A DNA stretch of 63,872 nt, counting the filler, from Thraustochytrium aureum (Eukaryota): NCBI GenBank assembly GCA_012862495.1. It is 6 parts of 4 records of this genome, joined end to end, with 100 filler letters (N's around TTAATTAATTAA, not from the genome) between each part and the next. Parts side by side here need not be neighbours in the genome. Positions count along the whole stretch, not along the records: positions 22,992 to 36,190 come from BLSG01000310.1; positions 36,291 to 60,605 come from BLSG01000310.1; 4 more parts are not named here. One strand, 5' to 3'. Below the pieces are notes generated by a model. It searched no databases. It saw only the letters and a program-made list of their open reading frames with translations, and was not told the origin of the DNA. Below are positions 33,601-46,410 of the stretch, one piece after another. How positions within the stretch are numbered: position 1 is the stretch's first letter; the number at the start of each line of letters is the position of its first letter. Made by a program: the position numbers and the translations under genes.

Positions 33601-34834
33601 NNNNNNNNNNNNNNNNNNNNCGCAGGTACCTGTCCTTGACGTAGTGGAGCTCGGTGTTGTTGGCCTGCGTGTCGTAGGCGGGGCGTTCGCGCTCCAGCTT
33701 GAAGACGATCATGCCCGAGTCGTGGCCCGCGGCCAGCAGGTTTTGCTCCGGGTGCGCGGCAAGGATCCAGAAGCGGTCCTGCTCGCGGCGAAACGTCTGC
33801 ACGCCTTGACGCCGCGAAATGTCCCAGACGCGGATGCTCCGGTCCTCCGAGTTGGAAACAAGGAGCTCGCTCTTCGGGTGGAAGATGACGCACGACACGT
33901 TGTTGGTGTGCCCGCGCATGGTGTCGACCTCCCAAGCCTTGGTCTCGTTCATGCGCCAGAGCTTGATCTGGCGGTCGTCAGCGCCCGAAATGATCAGGGG
34001 GAGCGTGTGGTGGAAGCTGGCCCAGTTGACGCCGCGGTCGTGGCCCTCGAGCACGTACTTGACGATTGCGTCCGTGCTGCCGAAGAGGTCGGCGTTGACG
34101 CGGCTGATCACGGCGTTGTTGCCGGCCATCTCGTGTTCTTGCGGGGCGCCGCGCACGGTCTTCTTGCGTAGCCCGCTCGTGTCCCAGACCCGGACGGTCT
34201 GGTCGAGCGAGGCTGAGACGACGAGGTCGTCTTTGGGGTGGAACTGCGCGCACATCACGTAGTGGTTGTGGCCCGTGAGCACCGAGATAGAGTTGCGGCT
34301 CTGCCAGTTCCAGATGCGGATGGTCTGGTCGTCGCTTGCCGAGACGATCCAGGGGTACTCGTGGTGGAACTGGACGGTGCGGATGTAGTCCAGGTGGCCA
34401 AGCAGGGTGAACAGGCACCGCCTCAGCTTGTGGTTCCACACCTTGATCTTGTAGTCGTCGCCGCCCGACACGAACAGCGGCTGCGACTTGTGAAAGTCGA
34501 CGCCGCGCACGGGCCCATCGTGCTCCTCGAACCGGTCCAGCAGGCACCCCATCCGATAGTCCCACAGTTGAATAACGCCATTGTGCAGCGAGCTCAGAAT
34601 CCACGGCCTCTTGTTGTGAAACGCGAGCCCCTTGACCCGGTTCGACTTGGCCTCCAGTTTTTGCAGCCTGCAGCTCCGCCTCGTCGTCAGCGACCGTCCG
34701 CCCCGCGCAGCCACCGCCCGTCCGCCCGTCCGCCCGTCCGCCCGTTGGCCCGCTGGCCCCGCTCGACCGACCGCCGCGCGTGGCAACGCCGAGGAAAAAC
34801 CAACCGTGGCAACGCCGAGGCCGCAGACTTACAT
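30649..34834 (-). CDS. COPA: Coatomer subunit alpha (intron 34668-34832 inside the start codon; one homopolymer frameshift near 31955)
   Basis: [20 protein letters not shown]40 repeats ([25 protein letters not shown]); [22 protein letters not shown]-terminal ELAAYFT...CPFC...CPVC. Confidence 0.97.
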
Positions 34835-36022
34835 TTTCTTCTTTCCCGCCGCGAGCGGGCGCCGTCCACGCGGCAAGCAGGGGCTCCCCGCGCGTCTGGC
34901 CCTCTTCCTCTCCCGCGACAGCCCAAGCGCAGCGGCTCCCGTCGCGCTCCGTTGCCGCTCTGCTGCTGCTGCTGCTGCTGCTGCTGCTTCCGCACGATCG
35001 TTGTGACGTGGACGCCGATGACGCACAATACTCCACTCGAGAACGTTTATGACGTCATTTGCTGGAGGATTGGCTTCCGGTGATAGTGGCCGAGGTGGGA
35101 GGGCGCTACGTCATCGAGGGAAGAGATGACGACGTTTTACATTGCTGATACTAGGGTGACGTAATGTATGGCAGATTAGGGGAGGTGATTATGGGGGAAA
35201 GGTGGGGGAGGTTGATGGTGATGATGTAGAAACTTTTGCGGGCCTTGCCACTTCCTGAACTGTTCTGTTCTGTTCTTGATAAAAGGAACACAACGAAACA
35301 CTGCAATTGGCGCGAGGCAGCGAACAACTGCCACCATCGATCTTCAAGTCTGCGACTCTTCGCAGCAACCCGTTTACCTCGATCCGTCAACGATCCAAAC
35401 GCGGGCGAGACCCCCACGTCACGTGATTTTGTTGTTTTATAAATTGAAAAATGACCGTGCTCAACAAGACGCGCGAGGATGATCATAGCAGAAAGGGATA
35501 CCCTCGCGTCACGGTCTCTCGGGTGTGGGGCAAACCGTCATGGCACTGTCTCGCTGGTGGCTGGAATCCGCTGGATGTTTGCTCATTCAGACAATCGATG
35601 CCACTACATTGCGTCCTCGCTCTAGAGCTAGCAGACCAGCATTTTTAAAATTAAAATTGTAAAAACGAAACGCGCGCAAAGCTTCAACCCCAGCCCGTGT
35701 CGTTCGATACGTTGCGAGCACAACAACCGCCTCACGGAGCCCTAAAGCTTTCTCGCGTTGGTGTTTGTTGCAGATGCCAGATGCCAGCAGCACACCGCTT
35801 TCGGCCACCACGCAAAAACGCAATTGGTGTGCCCCTCGAGGGAGTGAACTCCTGGCCGGGCACCAACTCGGAGTCCCAGACCTTGGTCACTTTTCCGCAA
35901 GGTGCGGGAGCCTGCGTGCGATTCGAATTGGCGCGATGGACGAGACGTCGGAGCGTCTCGTTTACATCTCGTGAAGCTGGGCTCTCACAGCATGATTGCA
36001 CAGTCACTATAACGCCGACGCC

Positions 36023-36186
36023 GTCTGTTTCCGCGCCCTGCGCACCAGCCCTCGCATGCAAGCCCTGGGGTGTGACGTTCAGGAGCAGCTCGAACGCTTG
36101 CAGCGGCCGCAGCGAAGCAAGGAAACCAACAGCGACAGCGTAAACTCCCGTACTTTGCAGACTCAACGCAAGCGCGTCGCCTGACG
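36023..36186 (+). repeat. ~165-bp dispersed repeat, copy 1
   Basis: GTCTGTTTCCGCGCCCTGCGCACCAGCCCTCGCATGCAAG...GCGCGTCGCCTGAC recurs with scattered mismatches at 36396-36554. Confidence 0.85.
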
Positions 36187-36190
36187 CGCT

Positions 36191-36290
36191 NNNNNNNNNN
36201 NNNNNNNNNNNNNNNNNNNNNNNNNNNNNNNNNNTTAATTAATTAANNNNNNNNNNNNNNNNNNNNNNNNNNNNNNNNNNNNNNNNNNNN
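36191..36290. other. Artificial scaffold linker
   Basis: TTAATTAATTAA at 36235-36246. Confidence 0.97.
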
Positions 36291-36395
36291 AGCGCGCGTT
36301 TGGTTGAATGTTGCTGTCCCTGGTTGGAACCCATCATCATCGTCGATCGCTGCGGCTGCTGCAGCTTGAACTGTTGCTGCTTCTGTTGCTGTGAC

Positions 36396-36554
36396 GTCTG
36401 TTTTCGCGCCCTGCGCACCAGCCCTCGCATGCAAGCCTGGGTTGTAAAGTTCGAGCAGCTCGAACGCTTACAGCAGCCGCAGCGAAGCAAGGCGACCATG
36501 GCGACAGCGTATACTCCCGTACTTTGCAGGCTCAACGCAGGCGCGTCGCCTGAC
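36396..36554 (+). repeat. ~165-bp dispersed repeat, copy 2
   Basis: Diverged same-orientation copy of 36023-36186, on a different scaffold. Confidence 0.85.
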
Positions 36555-37431
36555 CCGCACCGCAGGCCCCTCGCTGGAAAAGCTAGCTGCCTACGGGGAA
36601 GCGAATCTGTTTCCATGCTGACAACCGACGGGGATGGCGAAGGCCCTTGCCGAGGAGCGACTCTGAAAAGAACAGCCGCTTGCCGCCCGAACCGGTAGAG
36701 CCGGGTAGACGCAAGCAGGCAGCCGTGGAGCTCGGAGGCCCGCCGATCGGAATAGGTCGTCAAGTTGGAGCACACAACAAAGTGCCCAGCCGGTCATTAT
36801 CTACTATCGCAAGAACGAGAATCGGCCGAGTCGAGATGACAAGTCGAGTTGGCCGAGGAGGATCCTCGACCCTCGATCGCCCTCGCCCTGTCGTTCCTCG
36901 AGTAGGCCGAACGGTTCTCAGGTGTTCTCATCTCGTGAAATTGACGACATCAGTGCGGATGCGGACGGACATCGGAACTCGGACATCGGAATTCGGGACC
37001 AAAGGAGCCTGCCAGCGCCCAGCCTGCCAGTGCCCAGCATGAAGCGGAGAGAAGAAGCTCCTCTGGCAGAGGCGCTCGCTTGTATCGGCCACTGGCAGAG
37101 CGAAAACGGTGGGCCGCCAAGGTCCCGCGAGAGCGAGAAAGAAGGCCTTCGGTCATGAGTCCCGCAGATAGGCTAGTGAGTGCTCTCTGCGCAAGTGCAG
37201 GGACGCCACATCTTCTCCTCCCGCTACTAGTAGTACTCCGTCAAGTATCGATGAGATTTCGCTGTGGGTTAGCTGCCATGTGAGCAGCGCAAGCAGGTAG
37301 GAGGTACTTGCTCAGTGCCCATTGGATTTGGACCGCCTCTGAAGCAACCGTCACCTCCGAGTCCTTGCCATCACACCTCCTGGCGGACCTCAAGAAGGAC
37401 TTCGCGCACAAGTTACTAGTACACGCCAGTC

Positions 37432-37470
<39 letters not shown>

Positions 37471-38570
37471 TTTGGAGAGCACCTGCTCCGCGCCGCTCGA
37501 TCCGCGAACCGCGTGAACCAAGTCGAGTTGCGCGTGAGCCAACCGGCCCGCTGAACACGTCGCGGTACAATTCAAGTAGGAGGTCGACACGTGTGGACAG
37601 ACATCGGCATTCGGGGCGGGGAATAGCGCCTGGCTGCGGCATCCAAGAGCGACTGCCTGCTCACAATTCCCCGCGCATTGCATCAACAAGACAGAGCTCT
37701 CTTGCGACTGCGGCGGCGATTTTGCGGCTTGTGCAAGATGAGCTGACTTGTTCGTTTCCGCGCTAGTCAACCCGGCAGAGACGGTTGAGTCCGTTGTGCA
37801 ATCCTGCTGCCAGGCAGGGCGGCTGGAGAGCGTCCCACTCACGTCCACGGCCCGGAGAGAGCCGTAGCAAAAGCAAGGCCGGGAGCGAGCCGTAGCCAAA
37901 GCAAGGCGGGTCCGCCATGAGGCTTGGAAGTTGCGGCCCCCCGGCCTTACCCACGACGATCGACAAAAAGCGGATCGGTAAGGTGGCCGTCGGTTGAGCC
38001 GCAGCTGGCTCTAGCCTCTTGGCTGAGGAGCCGTGCGACACAAGAACTTGAGAAAGCAACACTGCCTGTTCGCCGAGCGTCCGCAACGAACGCAAGACCA
38101 GACCCCGAAANNNNNNNNNNNNNNNNNNNNNNNNNNNNNNNNNNNNNNNNNNNNNNNNNNNNNNNNNNNNNNNNNNNNNNNNNNNNNNNNNNNNNNNNNN
38201 NNNNNNNNNNNNNNNNNNNNNNNNNNNNNNNNNNNNNNNNNNNNNNNNNNNNNNNNNNNNNNNNNNNNNNNNNNNNNNNNNNNNNNNNNNNNNNNNNNNN
38301 NNNNNNNNNNNNNNNNNNNNNNNNNNNNNNNNNNNNNNNNNNNNNNNNNNNNNNNNNNNNNNNNNNNNNNNNNNNNNNNNNNNNNNNNNNNNNNNNNNNN
38401 NNNNNNNNNNNNNNNNNNNNNNNNNNNNNNNNNNNNNNNNNNNNNNNNNNNNNNNNNNNNNNNNNNNNNNNNNNNNNNNNNNNNNNNNNNNNNNNNNNNN
38501 NNNNNNNNNNNNNNNNNNNNNNNNNNNNNNNNNNNNNNNNNNNNNNNNNNNNNNNNNNNNNNNNNNNNNN

Positions 38571-39769
38571 CGTCGAGGGTGATGCTTCCGGACGACACAA
38601 ACCCAGGCAAGTAGATTGCAGACCCGCCCGCGTGCTGGCAAGGCGTTGGGCCCGCAGCGCCTTTTGTGACGAGGTGTCGCGGCGGCGCCGCGCTGGTTTG
38701 CCCGGCCGCTCGCTCGCTCGCTCGCGCGCTGACGCAGCAAGCCGGAGCAGCCGGGAATGTGCACGGTGGCTGCATCTTGCGGTTCATGACGGACAACGGC
38801 GGGATGATCTGCGCCAAGCGGTTCGTGAATGAGCGGCGCCCCAGCGACTCCCCGCCGCTCCACGTCGCGCTCGTCTCCATCTCCTCCATGGACTTTTGGG
38901 GCCCCATGTTTGTGGGCGACCTGGCCGAAGTCGAAGCCAAGGTTGTGTTGACGTCTCGCAGCAGCGTCCAGGTCCAGGTTTCTGTATTTGCAGACAATCT
39001 CGAGGGCTCGCGCAGGCTCACAAACCAGGCAACGCTCTGGTACGTCGCTGTTCGAGCGGTCGCCCATGGTGGCAGGCTCGTGCTCGCCGATGGTCTGCCG
39101 GCCGTCGAGCACGCCTCTGCGCAGGCCCTCGACGAGTATGCGCGCCAAAAGGCGCGGCGTAGTGGGACCGCGTCGGCAGGGCGAGAGTCGCTCCAGGTTC
39201 TTGGCGTTTCCGACCCGAGCTGGACCGCGCACCTGTGCCAGCTGATCCTGCCGAGCGACTGCTACAGCTCGGATTTTGTTCAAGGCGGCGTTGTCCTCAA
39301 GCTGATGGACAATGCCGCTGGGATTGCGGCTGCCAGGCACTGCCGCAGCAACGTGGTCACCGCGAGCCTCGAGTCGCTCGACTTTGTGGCACCGGTATTT
39401 GTAAGTGTTGCTTGGACCGCATGCATTCAACCAACAGCGTACAGGGCGGCGCGCGGCGGCTGCTAACCGCTAGGTGCGCAGAGGGGCAACCTGGTGACCG
39501 TGGTGGCGCGCCCGACGTACGCCTCGTCCAAGTCTGTCGAGATCCAGGTGCTAGTTCAGGCCGAAGACCTCGCGGAGGGGCGCTCGTGGACCGCCGTCAC
39601 GGCCTACTTGATATTTGTCTCGTTGGGCCCAGACGGGCGCCCGTTGCCAGTTCCGCCCCTGGCCGAGCCTGCCACCCCGCGCGAGGTGGCCGAGCGCGAG
39701 GCGGCAGGCCAGAGGTACGCGGATCGCAAGGTGCTCTTGGTCAGGCGAAGCAAGGCAAAGCCGACCTAG
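38571..39769 (+). CDS. Double-hotdog acyl-CoA thioesterase (ACOT7-like); introns 38607-38750 (GC-AG) and 39401-39481; 5' end in gap
   Basis: Spliced RVMLPDDTNP-AGNVHGG; LILPSDC...VQGGVVLKLMDNAAGIAAARHCRSNVVTAS; FVAPVF|RGNLVTV; FVSLGPDGRPLPVP. Confidence 0.88.
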
Positions 39770-39843
39770 TCGCCGGCCAGGGCTCTGCATGTGCGGAAAA
39801 TTGCTAAAAGACTTTTTTTCGAAGTGAGCGTCTGCACGCCGGC

Positions 39844-41784
39844 CTAGAACAGGAAATTGTCGTCTTGCTGCTGTTGCTGCTGTTGCTGCTGCATCGGCTG
39901 CTGCATCTGCATCGGCTGCTGCATCTGCATCGGTTGTTGCATGGGCTGGCCCATACCGCCGCCACCCATCATCGTCATCGGCTGCCCGCCTGGCATGCCC
40001 ATTCCCATTCCGCCGCCCATCATGGGCTGCTGCATCTGCATGTGCTGCGGCGCCATCATCTGCGGTGACCCCATCATCCCGCCCGAGTTGCTACCCGTAG
40101 AGAGACGGCGCTGCTGCGACAGACTCGTCTTGCCGCTGCCGCCAGGGCCACTGCCAGCGCCAGCCTTTTGCCCACTGCCGTTCAAAGACAGACTACCAAG
40201 GTCGACGAGGCCAGACCAGGGGTCTGCAGAGCCGGNNNNNNNNNNNNNNNNNNNNNNNNNNNNNNNNNNNNNNNNNNNNNNNNNNNNNNNNNNNNNNNNN
40301 NNNNNNNNNNNNNNNNNNNNNNNNNNNNNNNNNNNNNNNNNNNNNNNNNNNNNNNNNNNNNNNNNNNNNNNNNNNNNNNNNNNNNNNNNNNNNNNNNNNN
40401 NNNNNNNNNNNNNNNNNNNNNNNNNNNNNNNNNNNNNNNNNNNNNNNCATCATCGGCCGCTGCGGCTGCGGCTGCGGCTGGAACTGCTGCGGCTGCTGAA
40501 AAGGCTGCTGCTGCTGCTGCTGCATCACCATGGGTTGGCTTGGTGCCCCGAAAAAGTCCAGACCCCCACCAGCAGCGTGCGCGGGATATTGTTGTTGCTG
40601 CGGCATGGCGCCGCCAGACGGCGCCTCGCCAAAGAGATCGAGCCCGGCGGACGCCATAGGCGCTGGCGCAGCCGGTGCGGCCGACTCAAAGCCAGAGAAG
40701 TCGCCAAAATCCGATGAGGGAGCCGCAGCGGCAAATGCCGGGTTGCTGGTTGCGGGCGGCGCTGAAGCGACAGGTGCAGACTCGAAGCCAGTCCAGTCGT
40801 CGCCACCAGCTCCGCTGGCGGCCTCGGCAAAGGGGTCAAATGCGCCTGCAGGCTCGTCTCCTGTGCCTTTGGCGATCTTGATCTTGATCTTGTCTTTCTT
40901 CTTGTCCTTCTTCTTGTCCTTCTTCTTCTTGGACAATTCCGGCCCGCCGTCATCGTCATCGTCAAAGGCGGGCGCAAAATCATCACCACCGAAAGACCCA
41001 AAGTCGTCGTCGTCGTCGTCTGCCTTGGCCGCCTTGGCCGCCTTGGCCGTCTTTGGCCGTCTTTTATCGCCGAAGAGGTCGTCGTCATCGTCGCGGCCGC
41101 TGTTACCTCCGCGTTGGCATCGTCCGAGCTTCCGTCGTGGTGTTTCTTCTTCTTCTTCTCTTTCTTGTCCTTCTTCTTCTTGTGCTTTTTGTCCTTGTCG
41201 TCGCTTGGCTTGGTTTGCGAGAAGGGGTCGTCGTTGTACCTGCCAATGCCGCCGCCAGAGTCGTAGGCCCCCGTGGTGGTTGAGCTATGCACCATGCCAT
41301 CACGGCCAATGCCGGTGTACTTGCTGCGGAGCGCGGCGGCCTTTTCCCGCTCTTCGCGGATTTGGTCGCTGTCGCCAAGGAGCTCCATGAGAGCCTTGGC
41401 CTTCTCGCGCACGCCGGCGCCCTTCTCGCCGCCGTCGTGGTAATAGCTAAACCCAGTCAACGTGCGCACCTGGTGGACCTTGTCGCGGGCCTCTTGCACG
41501 CATCGGTCGGCGCCGTTCTTCACGAGGTACTCTAGCAGGGTGAGCGCCTTGAAGATTTGCCTCCACTGGCGAGGCGGCTGCCCCAGCGTCGCAAACAGCT
41601 CTCGCATCACCACGGCGTACTCTTGATAGTCATGCGTCAGCCCAGCGATCTCTCCCATCAGCGTGGTGCTCGCGCCCCAGTTCGCATTGGACAGAGCCTC
41701 CGCGAGCTTCTTCTCCGTCTCCGTCTTCGACACGGCCTTCACCGCCTGATTGTACAGGTCTTTGGCTTTATCAAAGTACTCCAT
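39844..41784 (-). CDS. Epsin/ENTH-domain clathrin adaptor (epsinR-like)
   Basis: ALSNANWGAST...QWRQIFKALTLLEYLVKNG...GVREKAK; DPF, DFGDF and DDWTGF motifs; Met/Gln-rich tail; frameshift near 41110. Confidence 0.9.
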
Positions 41785-42876
41785 CCTCGCCTTTCCCGAG
41801 TTGCACCGTGGCCGATCGGCGCCTGCGCGAGCGTACGCCCCTCCTCTTCCTCCTCCTCGTGGGCGTCCTCTGCGTCTTCTCCTTCTTGCTCTTCTTGGCC
41901 TGGCGCCGCCGGAGTCCCCGCCGTCCGCTGCTCTTGCGCGACTGCCGCCCGCCCCAGGCTCGCCCGCCCGCCCGCCTGCCTGCCTGCCTGCCCGTCCGCA
42001 AGTACTGCATCGCCCTTCTCCGGCTCCTCGTCACGCGTGCCTCCTGGTGACGCGGGAACGCGCGCCGTTGCGGTGGATCCGCGTCACGCTGGCGCGCCTG
42101 AGAACACGTGGACGTTTCGTCACGAGACCCTTGCAGTGACGAGGGATTGCGCGATGATACGATGAAGCTGCGCTACGATGGGGGTACGTCACCTAGCGCA
42201 CGCGCTCGAAACGACGATTGCGTGACGTGACGTGGAAAGCCACGATTTTATGGTCAGCTTGCGTCACCTAGGTAGCCAAACACGTGATGTCGTCGCGGAC
42301 CTGCCCAATCGCGTAGACTGCGTTGCGACACCAAGAGACCTCAGGTGACGACCTATCCCCGATCGTTGGGACTCTTCGCACGTCGTGGGTTGACACCGGT
42401 GTGACCTGGCCAGCATTGACGCACAGGATTATGTGCGTTGGGCGACATCGCAGCAGCGCATGCCAAGCGCCTTGGCAAAGCAGGACCACAAACAGAAGCG
42501 CTCGCTGTGCATGCGCCACAATACGAGTTGCTGCGCAAAGATCATCTGTCTCACCGAAGGAACACCACTGGCAGGCACAGGCAGGCAAGCAAGGACTCAA
42601 CCGGGCAGGCAGGCAACCCACGGGCGCCAGAAGGCGCAGCAGCCGTAACGCCACAAGCACCGCCGAATGCGCGTTTGCATGATCTGCAGGCGAATCAGGA
42701 AGAGCATCGTACTCGTTAGTTAGTTGGTGCAATCGAAGGGAGCATCGCAGGACACAGGGCGAGAGCTCCAAGAGGCGTAGCAGGACGGCAAACACCAACG
42801 TTTGTCAAGAGCATCACGCGGCGCGACTGCGCCTCTTCATCGCGACGACGACGACGACGGCGACGACAGCAGCGAT

Positions 42877-43857
42877 ATGGACGCAACTTCGCGGAGGTTG
42901 GGCGCTGCCTGGGATCCACTCGAGGAGGTGCGGAGTCCAACGCAGCTTGGCGATCTTGCGGAGAGCATCAAGGCGCGGCAAGCACAGCTAGACAGAGCGC
43001 TTGAGGCGGCGAGCGCTGAGGGCAATAACCGAAGGCTGCTCGAAGTGTACTTGGCAAAGCGGAGAGCGGTGTTTGGCACGCCGCGAGACGCAGAGTCACA
43101 CGACGGAGGGGCCGGGTCGCCAAACGATCGTCCCGCCCCGCCTCTCGCGGACTTTCTCAAAGACCAGGTAGAGCGGTGTCGCGAGACGCAGCGCGTCCTG
43201 GATTGTATTAAAAGCTCCGATCAGCGCAGGCCGCCAAATTTGCAAGCGCAAGTGGGCGAGCTGCAGCGACTTGCGGAGCAGGCGCGAGCACACCGCACAC
43301 CTCGCACCGAGCGACGCTGGCTGAGGGAGCTCCCTCGAGCGAAATCATTTTCTGCAAGGCCCAGCAACGCAGCAGATCAAAGACGCCTTGATCGGGCAGA
43401 GTCTTGGAGCGAATGCGGGTCAAGCGTCGCGAGCTGGGGGTCGGCGAGACAGCTCGCCTCCAAAGCAACGGACGAAACATGCTCGCGCGAGCAAGCCGCG
43501 CGCACACGTGCGAGACTAGCTGCATGGATCGCTGGCGGCGCGTGGCGCGCAGCCGCCCGAGCCAGCGAAGAAGAGCTTGGACACGCTCTGCGCGAACGCT
43601 CGTTGTGTCCCAGCTTCGAAGGCGATCCTGATCCACTCATGGTGGAGTGCGTCAAGTGCGGCAACTGGGTTGAGGCGACCGAGCATCGTGGATCGCTCGC
43701 AATCGGTTTTTGCTGCTCCAACATTCTCGTTTCGAGCATCGAGCGAGCGACTGACGCTTCTGCTGGGCCTGCAGCTCGCCCGCGTGGGGTCCTGGTTGTT
43801 CCGTTGTTGTGGAGTTGCCCTACACTCCGAACCGATCCGGTAGTGCCGTTGGAATGA
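42877..43857 (+). CDS. Hypothetical coiled-coil protein with small Cys/His cluster
   Basis: Long open frame; CPSFEG...CVKC...EH near the C-terminus. Confidence 0.45.
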   Translation: MDATSRRLGAAWDPLEEVRSPTQLGDLAESIKARQAQLDRALEAASAEGNNRRLLEVYLAKRRAVFGTPRDAESHDGGAGSPNDRPAPPLADFLKDQVERCRETQRVLDCIKSSDQRRPPNLQAQVGELQRLAEQARAHRTPRTERRWLRELPRAKSFSARPSNAADQRRLDRAESWSECGSSVASWGSARQLASKATDETCSREQAARTRARLAAWIAGGAWRAAARASEEELGHALRERSLCPSFEGDPDPLMVECVKCGNWVEATEHRGSLAIGFCCSNILVSSIERATDASAGPAARPRGVLVVPLLWSCPTLRTDPVVPLE

Positions 43858-44099
43858 ACATTTTTTCCGTATTTGATTGATTTGGTCTGCTTTGATGCGG
43901 TGGAAGGCTCCCTCTAGACTAGAGCTCGGCCACCGCCGCAGAGGACGCCCAGCGGCGCTCGTGCCAGCGAGCCACGCTTGCGCGCCACAGCAAGTCCACA
44001 GCGATCGACCTTGCCTCAGGGGGCGCTCCTCCAAGCGCCAGCGAGCAGGCGCCAACTCAGAAACTGCGCAGCTCCGGCGTTGGCCGGAACAGGCAGTGC

Positions 44100-45950
44100 A
44101 ATGGAATTTGGCAACGATGCGCACGGTGGTGATGAGGTGCTTGGCGCAGACGCACCGGGACGGGCTGCGACAGACGCCCGAAGCGGCGCAGAGAGTCTGG
44201 AGACTGCGCACGCCTGGATGGCTGAAACCGGAGACGCTTTTGTGTTGGTATTTCGGCTACTGCTCTATGGCGGCGTGGTCGGGCTGAGCTGTTTTCCACT
44301 GTTCCATATCCCGAAAGTGTGGCTTTCGGACCTAAAGCTCGTGGGGGACGAGACCAAGTTTGAGACGATTTACTTCGTCTGGAATGTGCCATGGAGATAT
44401 CGTGAGTTCGCCTCGCGTGCGGCAGCTTGCTTGCAGCGCGTGGTTTTGTCAACCAGTCGCTAACGCGCCAGGAGGGCCGCAGATCTCACATTTGACTTGT
44501 ACTACTTCAGCTACTTGCCAATTGCGTTTTTGGTCTACATGCGCAAGTGCGTGTCCGGAAGGAAGGTCGCGTTTGTTCTGTGCGGTGTCTGTGCGGCATC
44601 GGCACGTTTTCGCTTGTCCGGCTCAGATCCACCAAAGGAAATCTCATGTACCAGTTCTCGTCTTTGCTGCCTCTCATCGGCTTTGTCGGCTCGCTCAAGC
44701 TCATCTCTGCTCGTGGGTCCAAGGTCCCGCTCCACGCCATGATGCAAGCTATTCTGTTCGTACTCGGCATTTTGTTACTGCAGGTTTTGCGTAGCTTTCC
44801 TGCCACGAACGACAAGAATCGCGTGCTCCTCAGCCTCCTCATCTTCCCGCTCGTGCGCGAGGTCGCGTGCGCCACCGCGCGGTACACGGCTGCATACCTC
44901 ACCCTTGATGCAAGCGTAGCAGGCGAGAATCAGATGGTTCAGCGAGACACAACGTGGTGGTTTTTCATGCACTTTCAGATGCTAATGGCAAACCTCACTC
45001 GTCTCATGTTGAACAACTTCCAAGACCAGCACGTTCTCGTTGGCGTCGTGGTATTCCACACCGCCTCCGAGATTTTGCTGCGGTTTTCGGTCGGGGCACG
45101 CGATCGAGCGATCAAGCGTTGCTTGCGATATCTTAGGCATAGGCGCCAGCCTACGTCTGGTCGCCGCGGTACAGTCGTTGTGCTTCCGAGGGTTTCAAGT
45201 TCATGGAACGCGCGAGGCGAGGCAAAAGGGCGAAACGTATCCTTCGCGCCTGGGCCTGGCACCGCGTCAGCGTTGCGCGACGTGGATCAGCATGATTTGG
45301 CGCTGCCACGGAAAGAAGACCGTACCACTACCCACATCCATGAGATCGCGCTTTCAGCCGCGGAGGTCCAAGTCTCTCAGCGTACGTTCCAGTCCATGGT
45401 TCTCATCGGGGAGATGCTCGTCGAGTACCAGGCGATTGTCTGTAAGTTGAGATGGCGCGCAATGGGGCGTGTTCGTTTCGGGTCTAGGAGAGAAGCTCAC
45501 CGCTCTCGCTCGCCAGCGATCCCGTTCATAATTTTGTTGTTCGAGAACCACAAGACTGCGTTCCCCCTCGACTACTACACGACTTTGGAGCACCCGTTTA
45601 CAGAGCGTCTCAACAGTGATCGCGTGCTTGCGGACGCCGGAATCCAGCTTGCGTTTGAAATCGTGACAGATGTCGTCTGTGTTTTTCGGGAACGCAGACT
45701 TGGGTACCGCCTCGCGGAGGTTTGGAACGGCCGCCACCGGTGGTTTTGCACCATGTTCGCGCTGTGCTGCTCACTAGTGTCTGCGATCGTGTTCATTTAT
45801 GTGACCTTTGTCGACGTGCTTGACGACTGTGACCACCAAGACATCTGCAAATGCATTCAGAGCGATGGCCGTCCTGGGCTTGCCGAGGGCGGCCTCCGTG
45901 AAGCGTACTGTTTCGTCAAAGCCAACATGTCAAAGCCAATCCCCGCTTAG
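44100..45950 (+). CDS. Multi-exon polytopic membrane protein of unknown function
   Basis: Hydrophobic exons separated by probable short introns (GTGAGT ~44402 to CAG ~44471; GTGCGT ~44547 to CAG ~44626; GTAAGT ~45442 to CAG ~45517); Cys-rich C-terminus. Confidence 0.6.
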
Positions 45951-46410
45951 AGTCAGCCAAATCAAATTTACTGGCCTTCCCTCGGCCTCGTTGGGATGAA
46001 TGCCCGTGAACGGCTCGCGCAATCTCGATACACACAGGCAGCACACGCGTTCGGGTCTCCGCTGTAGACACGCGAATCGTCCCAGCCCGATGCCGAAGCC
46101 AACGCCGACGGCCGCTGCTCCTCTGTGCGACCGCCNNNNNNNNNNNNNNNNNNNNNNNNNNNNNNNNNNNNNNNNNNNNNNNNNNNNNNNNNNNNNNNNN
46201 NNNNNNNNNNNNNNNNNNNNNNNNNNNNNNNNNNNNNNNNNNNNNNNNNNNNNNNNNNNNNNNNNNNNNNNNNNNNNNNNNNNNNNNNNNNNNNNNNNNN
46301 NNNNNNNNNNNNNNNNNNNNNNNNNNNNNNNNNNNNNNNNNNNNNNNNNNNNNNNNNNNNNNNNNNNNTCACGCTGCTAATAGTTACTGTTTTTGTTCAA
46401 TCAAAATCAG

